Below are positions 36,815 through 48,600 of a stretch of 64,000 nt of DNA, piece after piece. The notes under the pieces were generated by a model, which did no database searches, had not been told where the DNA came from, and saw nothing but the letters and a program-made list of their open reading frames with translations. Numbering within the stretch: the first letter of the stretch is position 1; every line of letters begins with the position of its first letter. Both the position numbers and the translations under genes were made by a program. The stretch is from NCBI GenBank assembly GCA_965113315.1, contig OZ220367.1; one strand, written 5' to 3'. The stretch comes from Podarcis vaucheri (taxonomy: Eukaryota).

Positions 36815-39263
36815 TTTTACTTTTTATTATAATCAGAATTCTTATCCATTAAAGATATATGGTATCACAAAAAAGATTTACTAAACCAAATAAATGAAGC
36901 CAATAACATGTGCTTGGAACAATATGAGCCTAGCCTCTGTCCCTCTGCCCTCACTCTTCACTAGCCTTAGATATACTATGTCTTCTGCTTTGCACACAGC
37001 AAAGCACCTGGCCATTTACCAATCATGGAGAGCTCTTGCATGCTTGCTTCACACAGAGACCCCAGCTTTCTGCCCTCTCCTCTTTGCGGGAGTAGCTTGT
37101 ACACCCAGAGAGAAACAGACCACTGGATGCATGCATGAGGTTTTGAAGGAGATCCCTTTATTATACCCATTGCTATTCATCTAGGTGAGGACCGGCAGAG
37201 AAGCTATTTTCCTTCCACTTCCTTAGTTCCAGCTAGACAGTATTTTTAATCCTCTTTAATATAGCAAACCACACTGTCTTGCCTGTCCATCCCTCCTCCC
37301 AATACCCAATAGGCAACTGAGATCCAGCAAATCCTTTGCTCGGGTATTCCAGGCCTAGTGGTCCTGCAATAATTACCTTTAGAAGAATGGCTCCTGACTG
37401 GAAGCTGCAAGCCACTTGCTCCCTTGGAGGAAGCAGATGGATCAGCACCATGGGATTCATGGTTTCTGACTGTTGTCTCTGTAAAATTTATGACTCTCTT
37501 GTTCACTGGGAGACACATTGTAAAGGAAGATGAAAGCATGATTCAGGCAAAGTTCAGCACTAATTTCAGTGGGGGGAAGTTAAGCATGTGTTCTGTTCTC
37601 CCACTGAAATCAATAGGGCCTTAAAATGTGATTGAGCTTACCAGGACAGCATCTTTAGATATTATAACATGGGCATTGGTTGTCTAAACAAAAAAACCCA
37701 AAAGTACTTTTTGACTTGTCCTATTTTCTTACCAAACTAAATATATATCTTTAAAAACACCCCACTATTAGCAACTAGAAACTTTACTAAAAACAGATCT
37801 ACAACCTGTATAGAGGTTTTTGAAGAAAGTTGTAATCTGTTAGTGATTGTAACCTGCTTTCTAATCTGCATCCCTGCATTTGTGCATATTTATAAAAATC
37901 CCAGTCCATTCCTCTTTTCATTTATTTATCTTTGTCCTTTATGTAGTTCCTTTAAAGTAGGTGTACATTGTGATATATGTGCTTTTGCAACAAACTGATT
38001 TTTGAAGAACTTATTTGGCTGGCCTAAGTTACAGCTATAGTGATATTCTACATGTCTAACTGTAACCTTGTGTGTGCCAAAAAAGATTACTAAAATGCTA
38101 GCTATATGATATGGGGGATTTACAATGATGGTGCTTTGTAATACAAAAATTAAGGCTTAGCAACTCACAAAGGTTCCTTAAAGAAACAAGTGTGTGATAT
38201 TTGGCCATGTTTTATATGTTCTCTAAATTACTAACAATGTTTTTGGCGTTACATTTTGCCAACATTCATCTTAATGCCTTGTGTCTTTAAAATCTGTGTC
38301 TTTCACTTTAAGAATACATAGATCTCTTTCACGACACAAGGCCTGTTAGAGTACTGAGTTTCTTTCTTTCCAGGATTCTACCTGGGATTATATTAGGAGC
38401 AGGCCTTGGGCTCATGCTGCATCCCACAGCCTTCCCCAGCTTCCCTCAATGTGAACAGACAACAACTAATGAATGGGAGATCCTATGTTTGTTCTAACAA
38501 AGGATCTCTGATCCTGTGGGGCAGAACTCACTTGTCTTATAAGGTCAGGTAGATCCCATGATCATACAAAACATGAACCCTCATGCCCTTCAGTCTGTGA
38601 GAAGGGAGTAAATGGGTGTGCCCAAAGCCTGCTCCAAGAGGCTGAATCCTGGATTTGGATAGCACCTGATTAGGCCTCAAAATGTTTGTTCTCTCCAAAT
38701 AAGCTCAAGAAGCTTTAGCAATGAAATGAGAACTTTGTAAATCTATTCTTCAAAGACAACACACATCTCATAGTTACAAGACTTGAATGTTGGTAAAATG
38801 TAATTTCAGGTGCAAGCTTGGTAGAAAGAAGGGATTTGGGGGCGGGCGGGTGGAATTTGAGTCAGTGAGCAGGGATAACTTTAAAATCATAGAAGTGGAT
38901 TGGGCTGTAATTTGAATTTAGCTTACTTTATTATTTTATTCTTAAAATTATACCACTTGATTGTAAATAAAAACCTCAAAGCAGTTTATATATGAATGAA
39001 TGAGGCCTTCGTAGAAAGGGGAGTGTGTGTAGGGGAAGTGTGAAAAAATATACTCTTTCACTTTCATGGCATGACTTAGCAATTTAAGTACATTGGTTGC
39101 CCTGTCTTTGAGACTGATTTGCTTTATAGGGTGATAGGCTAAAATGCTATGCTGAAGAAGTGCAAGTCACTGCTCCACTCTCCATATAAGCTCATAGCAC
39201 ACTTTAGTTGCAAATATTCTTCTCCAAGGCACAATTAGTTCTCCTGAAGATCTAAAAATATGT

Positions 39264-39267
<4 letters not shown>

Positions 39268-39305
<38 letters not shown>

Positions 39306-39327
39306 TAGTAGTAGTAGTAGTAGTAGT
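39268..39327. repeat. Compound (GT)n(AGT)n microsatellite
   Basis: Direct reading. Confidence 0.95.
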
Positions 39328-39480
39328 TTCCCATTTAAACAAAAACGAACAAGAATTATTGGTATATTCTGTCTGCCACTTTGGACAATATTTTGAAAAG
39401 TGGAATGTTTAGAAAGAAACCTGTCTAGACAGCAGCAACTGTATGTTAAAGGTACCAAACGGAAGTATGCTTTGTTACAG

Positions 39481-39562
39481 ACCGAGAAAACAGACCGGCG
39501 ACAGAACTTTGTGTCCCTTGCTTTACGTAAGCGCTACAGCTATCTGACTGAGCCTGGAATGA
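39481..39562 (+). CDS. ANK3: ANK3 exon, 82 nt (TEKTDRRQNFVSLALRKRYSYLTEPGM)
   Basis: ttgttacag|ACCGAG ... GGAATGA|gtgagt; phase 0-1. Confidence 0.96.
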
Positions 39563-41663
39563 GTGAGTTTCTTAACAAACCTACTAATGCTGTAAACTGA
39601 TCTTTCACAAGAAGAGACATTTTTTCTATAAATGTCATGTTTTGGTGTCATTGGAAAATGCCTGATTTAACAAGCAAAAGTCTCCATTTATCCAAGAACC
39701 CTTTGGAGTGCAGATAACTTGGGAAATTCAGGCTAATAAACCATAGTTTGTCTCTTGAAATATCCATGGACTAAAAGGATCATTAGGGTGGAATCACTAA
39801 TCGGTACTTCTATAGCAAAAGAAGACAGGCTATTCTACCTTTAATAAGACGAGGTGGTTAAATCATAGTAAGTTTTATGGAGTTAGTAACATATTGACCA
39901 GCAAAACACAGACCAAAAACACTTTTGAAGAGAATTCTGAAGGGAATGTAGAAGAGAATTACACACTTAAGAGTTCACTGTTCACTGTAGTAGTTTGCAC
40001 TGCCAAACAGATGAGCTGTTTTTAAAATGTTCTTTATATGTTTGTTTGTTGCATTTTTTCCCCAAACGAGCCTAACACATTTAGGGAATGTCCAGCAACA
40101 TCCCTGCAGATGATTAGAGTGATCAAGTTGTGTGGTCCCTGAGGAACCCTGGACCTAAGTTGTTCAGGGCTTTGTAAATTAATGCAAGGACCTTGAACCT
40201 GGCTTGTTAGTAGATGGGCACTAACATGGCTGTAGCAGAGAGCCAAACAATATTTTACATTAGAAATGCATTTTAAAAAATGTGCTGAATCTTTATTTTA
40301 AAGGAAAAACAGCTGGGTGGAACCTCAGTCAGAATCAGGGCCCAGAATCAGAATTGTCTCTTGGTGGCTGTTTACCTGCAAAGATGTTGTCTGCAGTAAA
40401 TAGCAACTTTGGGAGCAGTTAGGGAATATGATCCTGACTGGGACTCAGCATGTTTTCCATCAGCCACCATCCCGACAGGTAGGTTTTTAACTTGTCATGC
40501 TGATCCAGAGTTAGTATGTGTGTGTTGTAAATGTAAATACAAATGAAGTAGAACCAATGTACAAAATTTTCAAACTACTACTCACTGTACAGTGGGAAAA
40601 TGTATACATAATTTTCCACTGTACAATGGACAGCTCTTAGAGAAGCTGGTCTACCAATGCTTACTCTTTACTGGATAGAACCAGTTGATTATTCTGTACT
40701 TAATTATTGTTTGCCTTAAAAAAAACTGGCAAAAGTTTGTTTGAAATAATATCAGAGTAATGTCAGACAAAGCTGCGCTGAGAACGTATTTTTGTTTCCA
40801 TGCTAGTTCCTAGTGAAGAGATTGTGCCTTAATGTGTTTCTGTGTTTTACCATTTAAGCATTCGTGACAAAAGAACTCTGCCATGGGTCATAACATGACC
40901 AGTGGTGGCCCTTGCAAATCAGAGGAGCAGGCAAGTGCCGCTCCCCTTGCCTCCCCTCTTTACATCAAAGACTATGTGAGCCAGCTTCCCCATAATGACA
41001 CCCATTTGCATGGAGTCCCTTACAGGAAGGGGGAGGGGAGAAAAACTGCACAACTGGCTGTTGGTGTAAAGGCATTAGCTGAAGACACACTGAAGCGCCC
41101 AGCATCTTCAAGCAGCTCCTGGGCCTCACCTGCGTCTGCCAAGTTCCCCAGCTGGTGGCTTGCCTGCTGGCAGTGGCTGGGAAGGCACCTGCCATTGTGC
41201 ATTCCCCAGTGCTCTCAAGCGTCCAATGTAGTGTCACTCCAGGGCATCTAGGAAAATTAAATGGCATTTGGTTTTTCGGATGTAGCCAGCTACTGCCATC
41301 AAAGCAAGCCCACAGCTGGGAAAGCAAACAAATACGTGTGTGTGTGTGTGTGTTGGGGAAGAGCTGCCTCAGTACACCCTGCCTGGAGCTGCTTTAACAT
41401 GCAGCTGGCGTTGAAAATAGAGAAGGAAAATCCTTCTGCTATTCCTCTGAGAAGGCCACCACTGGTAACTTAAAAGACTGGAGTTCTGAAAGTCATTACT
41501 ATATTAAAAGATACTGGTGATGTTAATCTCAAATTACAGCTTCCTAGAGCTGACATTCCCAGCTAAGTATTTACTTAGCTATTTTTAAATATATATCCCG
41601 TCTTTTTTTTTTAAATGGTCTCCAGGCAGCTTGCAAGTTATAAAAACACATTATAAAATAGAT

Positions 41664-41664
41664 G

Positions 41665-41710
<46 letters not shown>
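41664..41710. repeat. (AAT)n microsatellite
   Basis: Direct reading; explains poly-Asn in ORF 41631-41846. Confidence 0.95.
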
Positions 41711-41712
<2 letters not shown>

Positions 41713-43120
41713 TCTTCAAAAATGTAAACAGCACATTAAGATCAGCAGCCAATATTCTAACAATTTCCATTAGTATTGACACTTTCTATGGGCAGACAAG
41801 ATGGATTCAACTGGCAACTGAAGACAGTGAAGACAACATCAGATGACCCTGTTTGGCAGGGGTGCAGTTTGGTAACCATGGTGCTACCACAGAAAAGTCC
41901 CTCTCTCTGGAAGCCCCCTGTTAATTTTGTGATAGGGAAGGTTGAGCTTGCTTTCCTTGAACTGCTAGGAAAACTGTCTTCAAAAGGTACCAAGACACTA
42001 CACCTTGTAGAAAAAGTGTACTCTTCTTTTTAAATGCCTCCTGTGGAAAGATTTTTGAACATTTGTATATTTTGCATAGTACACCATGCAAACTGTTTTA
42101 TTCCATGTGCTTGTTTTTGACATGATAAACCATGCATGAATAAAATTTAAAGTTTGGTTGCTTTGCTTGCTCACGTTTTTTCATTAATCGTATTTCCCAT
42201 TTTTTATGTATGACAAATGCTTCTTAAAGTCATTTCATGTGAAGCTTTTTATCTTTTAAGTTTTACCAAGTAAAAGGAATACCGCATGAAAAAGCCAACA
42301 AATGCAAAAAGCTTTTTTCCCCCCTTTTTGGTTCTTTTAATCCTTGAGTCAGAAAAGGTCTTGCTCTTATTGGCTTTGTGAGAGTGAAGCATATACAAAA
42401 TGTGCATGGGAGAGAGAGAAAGTTTTGACTTTATTCCCGTTGCTTCACAGTTTGCACATCAATTGCCTGTCACCTTAAAGGTATTTTGGGTTCTGCATGA
42501 AATAGTTCGGAGTGGTTTTCAAAGCAGACTTTAGCTACTCAATGTCATTTGCACAAGTTTACACCGTTTTGTGTTAACGAAACTGCTATACAGTAAATAT
42601 AAAATGTATTAATGAAACTGCAAAGGATATAATGATAGAAATTTTCCAGAGGACAATTTTGATACTTGCACAAAGCAAAGACATACTGATAACAGGCAAA
42701 ATGGAGCTGAGATACTTAATATCTTAACTTTAGCACATCAGAAAGTCAATAGGAAGTAAGAGAAGAATTTTTGGTTGTGGCTATTACTTTGGACCATAAT
42801 GGACTTCCTTCTATGTGTTTTCTGTTCTTTTATTGTTTGCAGACTCGGTTGCCTTGTGCTTTCCTGTCTTTCATTTCATGTTGGTTTCTTTCTTTCTTTT
42901 TTTAATTTTGGATCATCCATAATTATGTGACTCATTCCTATTTTTCCCTACCTGTTTAGCTGTTGATTTTACCTACTTCATTCTAATTCATACAAACAGT
43001 TGTACTTGCTTTTTTTGTAATATTACAACGTTTACTGACCAATTTTCTTCTCTGGTCTCTCTGTTTTTCAATCATTTTTGTTGATTTTTACGTTTGATTA
43101 TTTTGGTTTAACAATTTAAG

Positions 43121-45691
43121 AAACAGTTGAACGAAGTGCAGGAGCAACAAGATCCCTACCTGCTACCTATTCATACAAGCCATTCTTTTCAGCAAGACCG
43201 TATCAGTCTTGGACAACAGCACCAATTACTGTGCCTGGGCATTCCAAATCAGGCTTCACTTCTCTATCAAGCTCTTCCTCTAACACTCCAACAGCTTCTC
43301 CATTAAAATCTATATGGTCCGTTTCTTCTGCTTCACCAATCAAATCCACATTAGGAGCCTCCACTACGTCTTCAATTAAATCTGTTAGCGATGTAGCTTC
43401 TCCAATTAGATCATTTCGGACAATCTCCTCTCCAATAAAAACCGTGGTCTCACAGCCTCCATATAATATCCAAGTCTCTTCTGGTTCTTTCGTCAGAGCA
43501 CCCACAGTAACAGAAGCCACTAGTTTGAAAGGGCTGGCATCCGCATTCCCCTCTCGGACATCTCCAGTGACTACAGCTGGGTCTCTTTTGGAGAGATCAT
43601 CCATTACCATGACGCCTCCAGCATCCCCCAAATCGAACATTAACATGTACTCTTCAAGTTTGCCATTTAAGTCAATCATCACATCAGCATCACCGCTTTT
43701 ATCTTCACCTTTAAAGTCAGTGGTGTCTCCTGCTAAGTCAGCAGTTGATGCTGTTTCACCATCTAAGGTCACGATGGCTTCATCCCTCACTTCCCCTGTG
43801 AAACACACAGTCGGGCATACAGAGGTAGCCATGGTTAACGGATCCATGTCACCTTTGAAATATCCGTCCCCTGCCAATTTAATCAATGGAACTAAAGCCA
43901 CAGCCACATTTCAAGACAAGATCACTGCAGCAACCAGTTCTGCAAGTTGTGCTGTTAATGCAGCAACTGATACTGTTGAGAAAATGTTTCCAACCACTAC
44001 TGCAACCCCATTTTCTCCACTCAGGTCGCATGTGTCTTCAACTCCATCAGCCTTTCAGTCAATAAGAACTACTTCTGCAGGTGTATTGTACACATCTCTT
44101 GGGTCAATATCAGCAACTACCTCGTCAGTAACTTCATCAACTATCACAGTCCCAGTATATTCTGTAGTCAATGTTTTGTCTGAACCAGCACTAAAGAAGC
44201 TCCCAGAGTCATCTTCCCTTACAAAATCGGCAGCTGCGTTGCTATCGCCTATTAAAACATTGACTACAGAGACACGCACACAGCCTCACTTTAACCGAAC
44301 CTCATCTCCTATAAAACCATCCTTGTTTTTAGCACCCTCTGCTCTTAAGTTGTCCGTACCATCTTCTTTATCTTCTAGTCAGGAGATGTTAAAAGATGTG
44401 GCTGAGATGAAAGAGGACCTAATAAGAATGACAGCGATATTGCAGACAGATGTAATGGAGGACAAGGAATTCCAGCCAGAACTAACAAAGGAGGGTAGAA
44501 TAGATGATGAAGAACCTTTTAAAATTGTTGAGAAAGTAAAAGAGGACTTAGTAAAAGTTAGTGAGATACTGAAAAAAGATGTGTGTTTAGAAAAGAAAGC
44601 ATCAACCAAGCTATCAAAAAATGATAAAGGACACTCTTCTGAGGATGAATGGGTAGAGTTCAGTGCAGATGAGATTGATGAAGCAAGACGGCAAGGCATG
44701 ACATATCCTCCTATAACTATTCCTGAAAAGGTGCAAATTAAAGCGAAGGCTGTATCTGAAAAGGATTATAACTTGACTAAAGTCATCGATTATTTGACGA
44801 ATGACATTGGTAGTAGTTCTCTGGCAAGTCTGAAGTACAAGTTTGAAGAGGGGAAAAGAGAAGGCGAAGAGAGACAAAAGAGAGTTTTAAAACCAGCCAT
44901 TGCATTGCAAGAACACAAACTTAAAATGCCTCCAGCCTCCATGAGGCCTTCTACTTCAGAAAAAGAGTTGTGTAAAATTGCAGATTCCTTTTTTGGAACT
45001 GATACTATTTTGGAGTCTCCCGATGACTTTTCCCAACATGATCAAGACAAAAGTCCTTTGTCTGACAGTGGCTTTGAAACAAGAAGCGAGAAAACTCCTT
45101 CAGCCCCACAAAGCGCCGAGAGCACAGGGCCGAAACCACTTTTCCATGATGTACCCATCCCTCCGGTCATTACAGAGACAAGAACTGAGGTGGTTCACGT
45201 GATCCGTAGCTATGAACCTTCATCAGAAGAAGTTCCGGAACCTCAAGCAGAAGAGCCGCCATCAATGAAAACAGCACCTACTTTTATGGAACTGGAACCC
45301 AGGCCAAATGGAGGGTCTATCAAAGAAAAAATGAAAGCCTTTCAAATGAAAGCCAGTAATGAAGATGAAGACCACAAATGTGTTCTTGGTAAAGGTGTCC
45401 GTGTAAAAGAAGAAACTCATATAACTACCACAACCAGAATGGTTTACCATAAGCCTCCGTGCACTGAGAGTTCTTCTGAAAGAATTGAAGAAACCATGTC
45501 TGTTCATGATATCATGAAAGCTTTTCAGTCAGGACGCGATCCTTCCAAAGAGTTGGCAGGTCTGTTTGAACATAAGTCTTCGGTAACACCAGATGTTAGC
45601 AAGTCTACTGAAATTTCACCACAACATACAGAGAAGGACAGCAAAATGAAACCCAAACTGGAGCGTATAATAGAGGTCCATATCGAAAAAG
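43121..45691 (+). CDS. ANK3: Short form of the giant exon via internal donor (270-kDa ankyrin-G type), 2,571 nt
   Basis: ATCGAAAAAG|gtaatg is a good phase-1 donor; joining to 51497 gives IIEVHIEKG-PQSPCERT, the junction I recall for 270-kDa AnkG. Confidence 0.75.
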
Positions 45692-48600
45692 GTAATGAGG
45701 CTGAACCTACTGAAGTCATTATTAGAGAAACCAAAAAGCACCCAGAGAAAGAAATGTATGTTTATCAGAAAGACTTACCTCGAGGTGATTTGGAAAAACA
45801 TGATGCTCTTCCTTGTTCAGATGAACAAGGTCAGCAAGAAGAAGAAGAACTGACAGCAGAAGAGTCCCTACCTTCTTATCTGGAGTCTTCTAGAGTAAAT
45901 ACGCCCGTGTCTCAGGAAGAAGACAGTCGCCCTAGTTCTGCCCAACTTATGTCTGATGACTCGTACAAAACACTGAAGCTTCTGAGTCAGCACTCAGTAG
46001 AGTACCATGACGATGAGTTGTCAGAACTAAGAGGGGAGTCTTACAGGTTTGCTGAGAAAATGCTGCTCTCAGAAAAGCTAGATGTGTCTCACTCTGATAC
46101 TGAGGAGTCAGTTACTGACCATGTTCTACCCCTTAGCTCAGACTTTCAGGGGCATGATAAACGATGCAGAGAAAAAATAGCCACAGCCCCCCCAAAAGAA
46201 ATCCTCACCAAAATCTCTAAAGATATATCAGAAAATGGTGTAGGTAAAATGTCTAAAGATGATCATTATGATAAAGTGACAGTGTTACATTATACCGGAG
46301 ATGTTAGTAGCCCAAAGCACGCAATGTGGATGCGCTTTACTGAGAACAGATTAGACAGAGGTAGAGAAAAGTTGATGTATGAAGACAGGGTGGACAGGAC
46401 TGTTAAGGAGGCAGAAGAAAAACTGACAGAAGTATCACAGTTCTTCCGGGACAAAACAGAGAAACTGAATGATGAACTGCAATCTCCAGAGAAAAAGCAG
46501 CAGAAAAGGAATGGGAAAGAAGCACACTCTAGCCATAGTTCAACCAGCAGCAGCCCCGAAAAGGTGACGATTTCTGAGGTGCAGAGTTCAAAGGATGACT
46601 GGACTAGAGGAGGGCCCTTTGGCCATTGTGGGAAGAGCTTCCCAAAAGCTGATGAAAGAAAAGCAGCTAGTTTGCCTAGCAGTCCCGAGAGAAGGGCTCT
46701 TACACAACAGACCGAGGACTGTAAGCAGTTGATGGAGCAGAAAGGAACAGCTCAGAAGAGTAGGACACCCGAGGCTTCGCCAACCGGATTCCAGCTGAAG
46801 CAATCCAAACTCAGTTCTATTAGGCTGAAGTTTGAACAGAGCATAGGCTCAAAGAATAAGGACCTACATCATGATGATAAGAAGCAGGACACTCAATCTA
46901 AAATCCCAGTGAAAAAAATGCAAGAGAGCAAGCTCCCAGTCTATCAGTTTTATGCAAGAGAAAAGCATGCAAAAGAGGTAGACCTCGCAGATGGGAGTAT
47001 AACATTACAGAGGGAATCTCCTGCTAGCAAATTAAAAGATGGTGCCCAGGGTAAAGGCAAAGCGATGGAAGATGCTGCTGCTTCAGATGTACTCAGACAC
47101 AGAAATGAAATGCCAAGTAAGAATGTTCCAGAAGGCTTTGCAGAGCAGAAGCTGAAAGGTTTGGCGTACAGTACGAGCTCAGATACTGCATCAGCCAAGG
47201 GGCATTGGGATAAAAAGGTCTATAGGACATGGGAAAGCCCTGGAACATTTGCCCATAACACACAAAAAGAAAAACTGTCCCATGTGCTTGTTCAGGATGC
47301 AGTAAAAGACAATCACATTGACCACCCCGAGACTAAAGACCTGGGCAGAGCCAGTGAATTCATCACTGTGACAGAGCATGAGCACAAGGTGTCAACGAGT
47401 GGGTCCCATTCAAAGGAGGTGAAGGAAGTGACTGTAAAATCTCCATCCAAAAAGGTCCTTTATAGAGAATATTTTGTCAGAGAAGGAGAGCCCCCCAGTG
47501 AAGTGATGGATAAAACCTCAAAGAAAAAAGAACCATTGACTGCATCCCATATTCCAGTCAGAATTTCAGAAGAAAAACGAATGTTATCAGCTAGCATTCC
47601 CGATGGAGTTCATGAACAGCTAAAACATGCAGCACATGAACTGTCAGCTAAAGTGTCCCATGCTAGTGTGGCAAAGGAAAAAACTGAGAGGAATTTTGAT
47701 TATACAGAGCATGTTAAAAATAAGTATTCAGAATTTTGTCAGTTTAGCAGTAGGCACATCAAATTAAGTCCTCCTATGGAGGATGCTGAGCTATCCCTTA
47801 GTAAATCACCTGATTCTTTAGAAAATAGCCCAGGAAAGGAGTCTCCCTCGAGGGACTTTGACTCTATTCATAGTGATAACTTGGCAAAATCAGCCCCTTT
47901 AGCAACAGCTGAGGGAACAAAAGAGATAAAAACCTTACCTGTTTATGTCAGTTTTGTTCAAGTAGGGAGGCAATATGAAAGGGAGGTGCAACAAGGAAAT
48001 ATTAAAAAAATTGTAAGTCAGGAAAGTAAGACGGTACAAGAGACAAGGGGGGGCTTTTACACCACAAGGCAGCAGAAACAGCTTCCTTCTCCACAAGGCA
48101 GTCCAGAAGACGACACATTAGAACAGGTGTCCTTTATAGATAGTTCTGGGAAAAGTCCATTAACACCTGAAACTCCTAGCTCAGAGGAAGTGAGTTACGA
48201 ATTTACATCTAAAACGCCTGATTCACTAATTGCTTATATACCAGGCAAGCCCAGTCCTATCCCTGAGGTTTCTGAGGAGTCTGAAGAGGAAGCAGAGGCT
48301 AAGTCAACCTCTGTAAAACAGGCCATTGTTGAGCCACCAAAAATTGACAGAGTGCTGCCCAGTAGCTTAGACAGAGATTCTAATAAAAGGCCCAAAGGGA
48401 ACCGGGTTGCGTACATTGAGTTCCCTCCTCCTCCTCCGCTAGATTCCGATCAGACAGAATCAGAAAAGCAGCGCCACTCCTCTGAGAGTGAAATGGAGAT
48501 GATAGAAGTAAACCTACGGGATGAACATGACAAATATAAGCTGGCTGAACCACTCATAAGAGTACAGCCACCTTCTCCTGGGCCACCAGGAGAAGATCTT

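Noticed and set aside
40859-40890. Acceptor-like site upstream of the giant exon
   Set aside because: The nearest plausible donor gives a 28-nt out-of-frame exon with a poor gtcata site.
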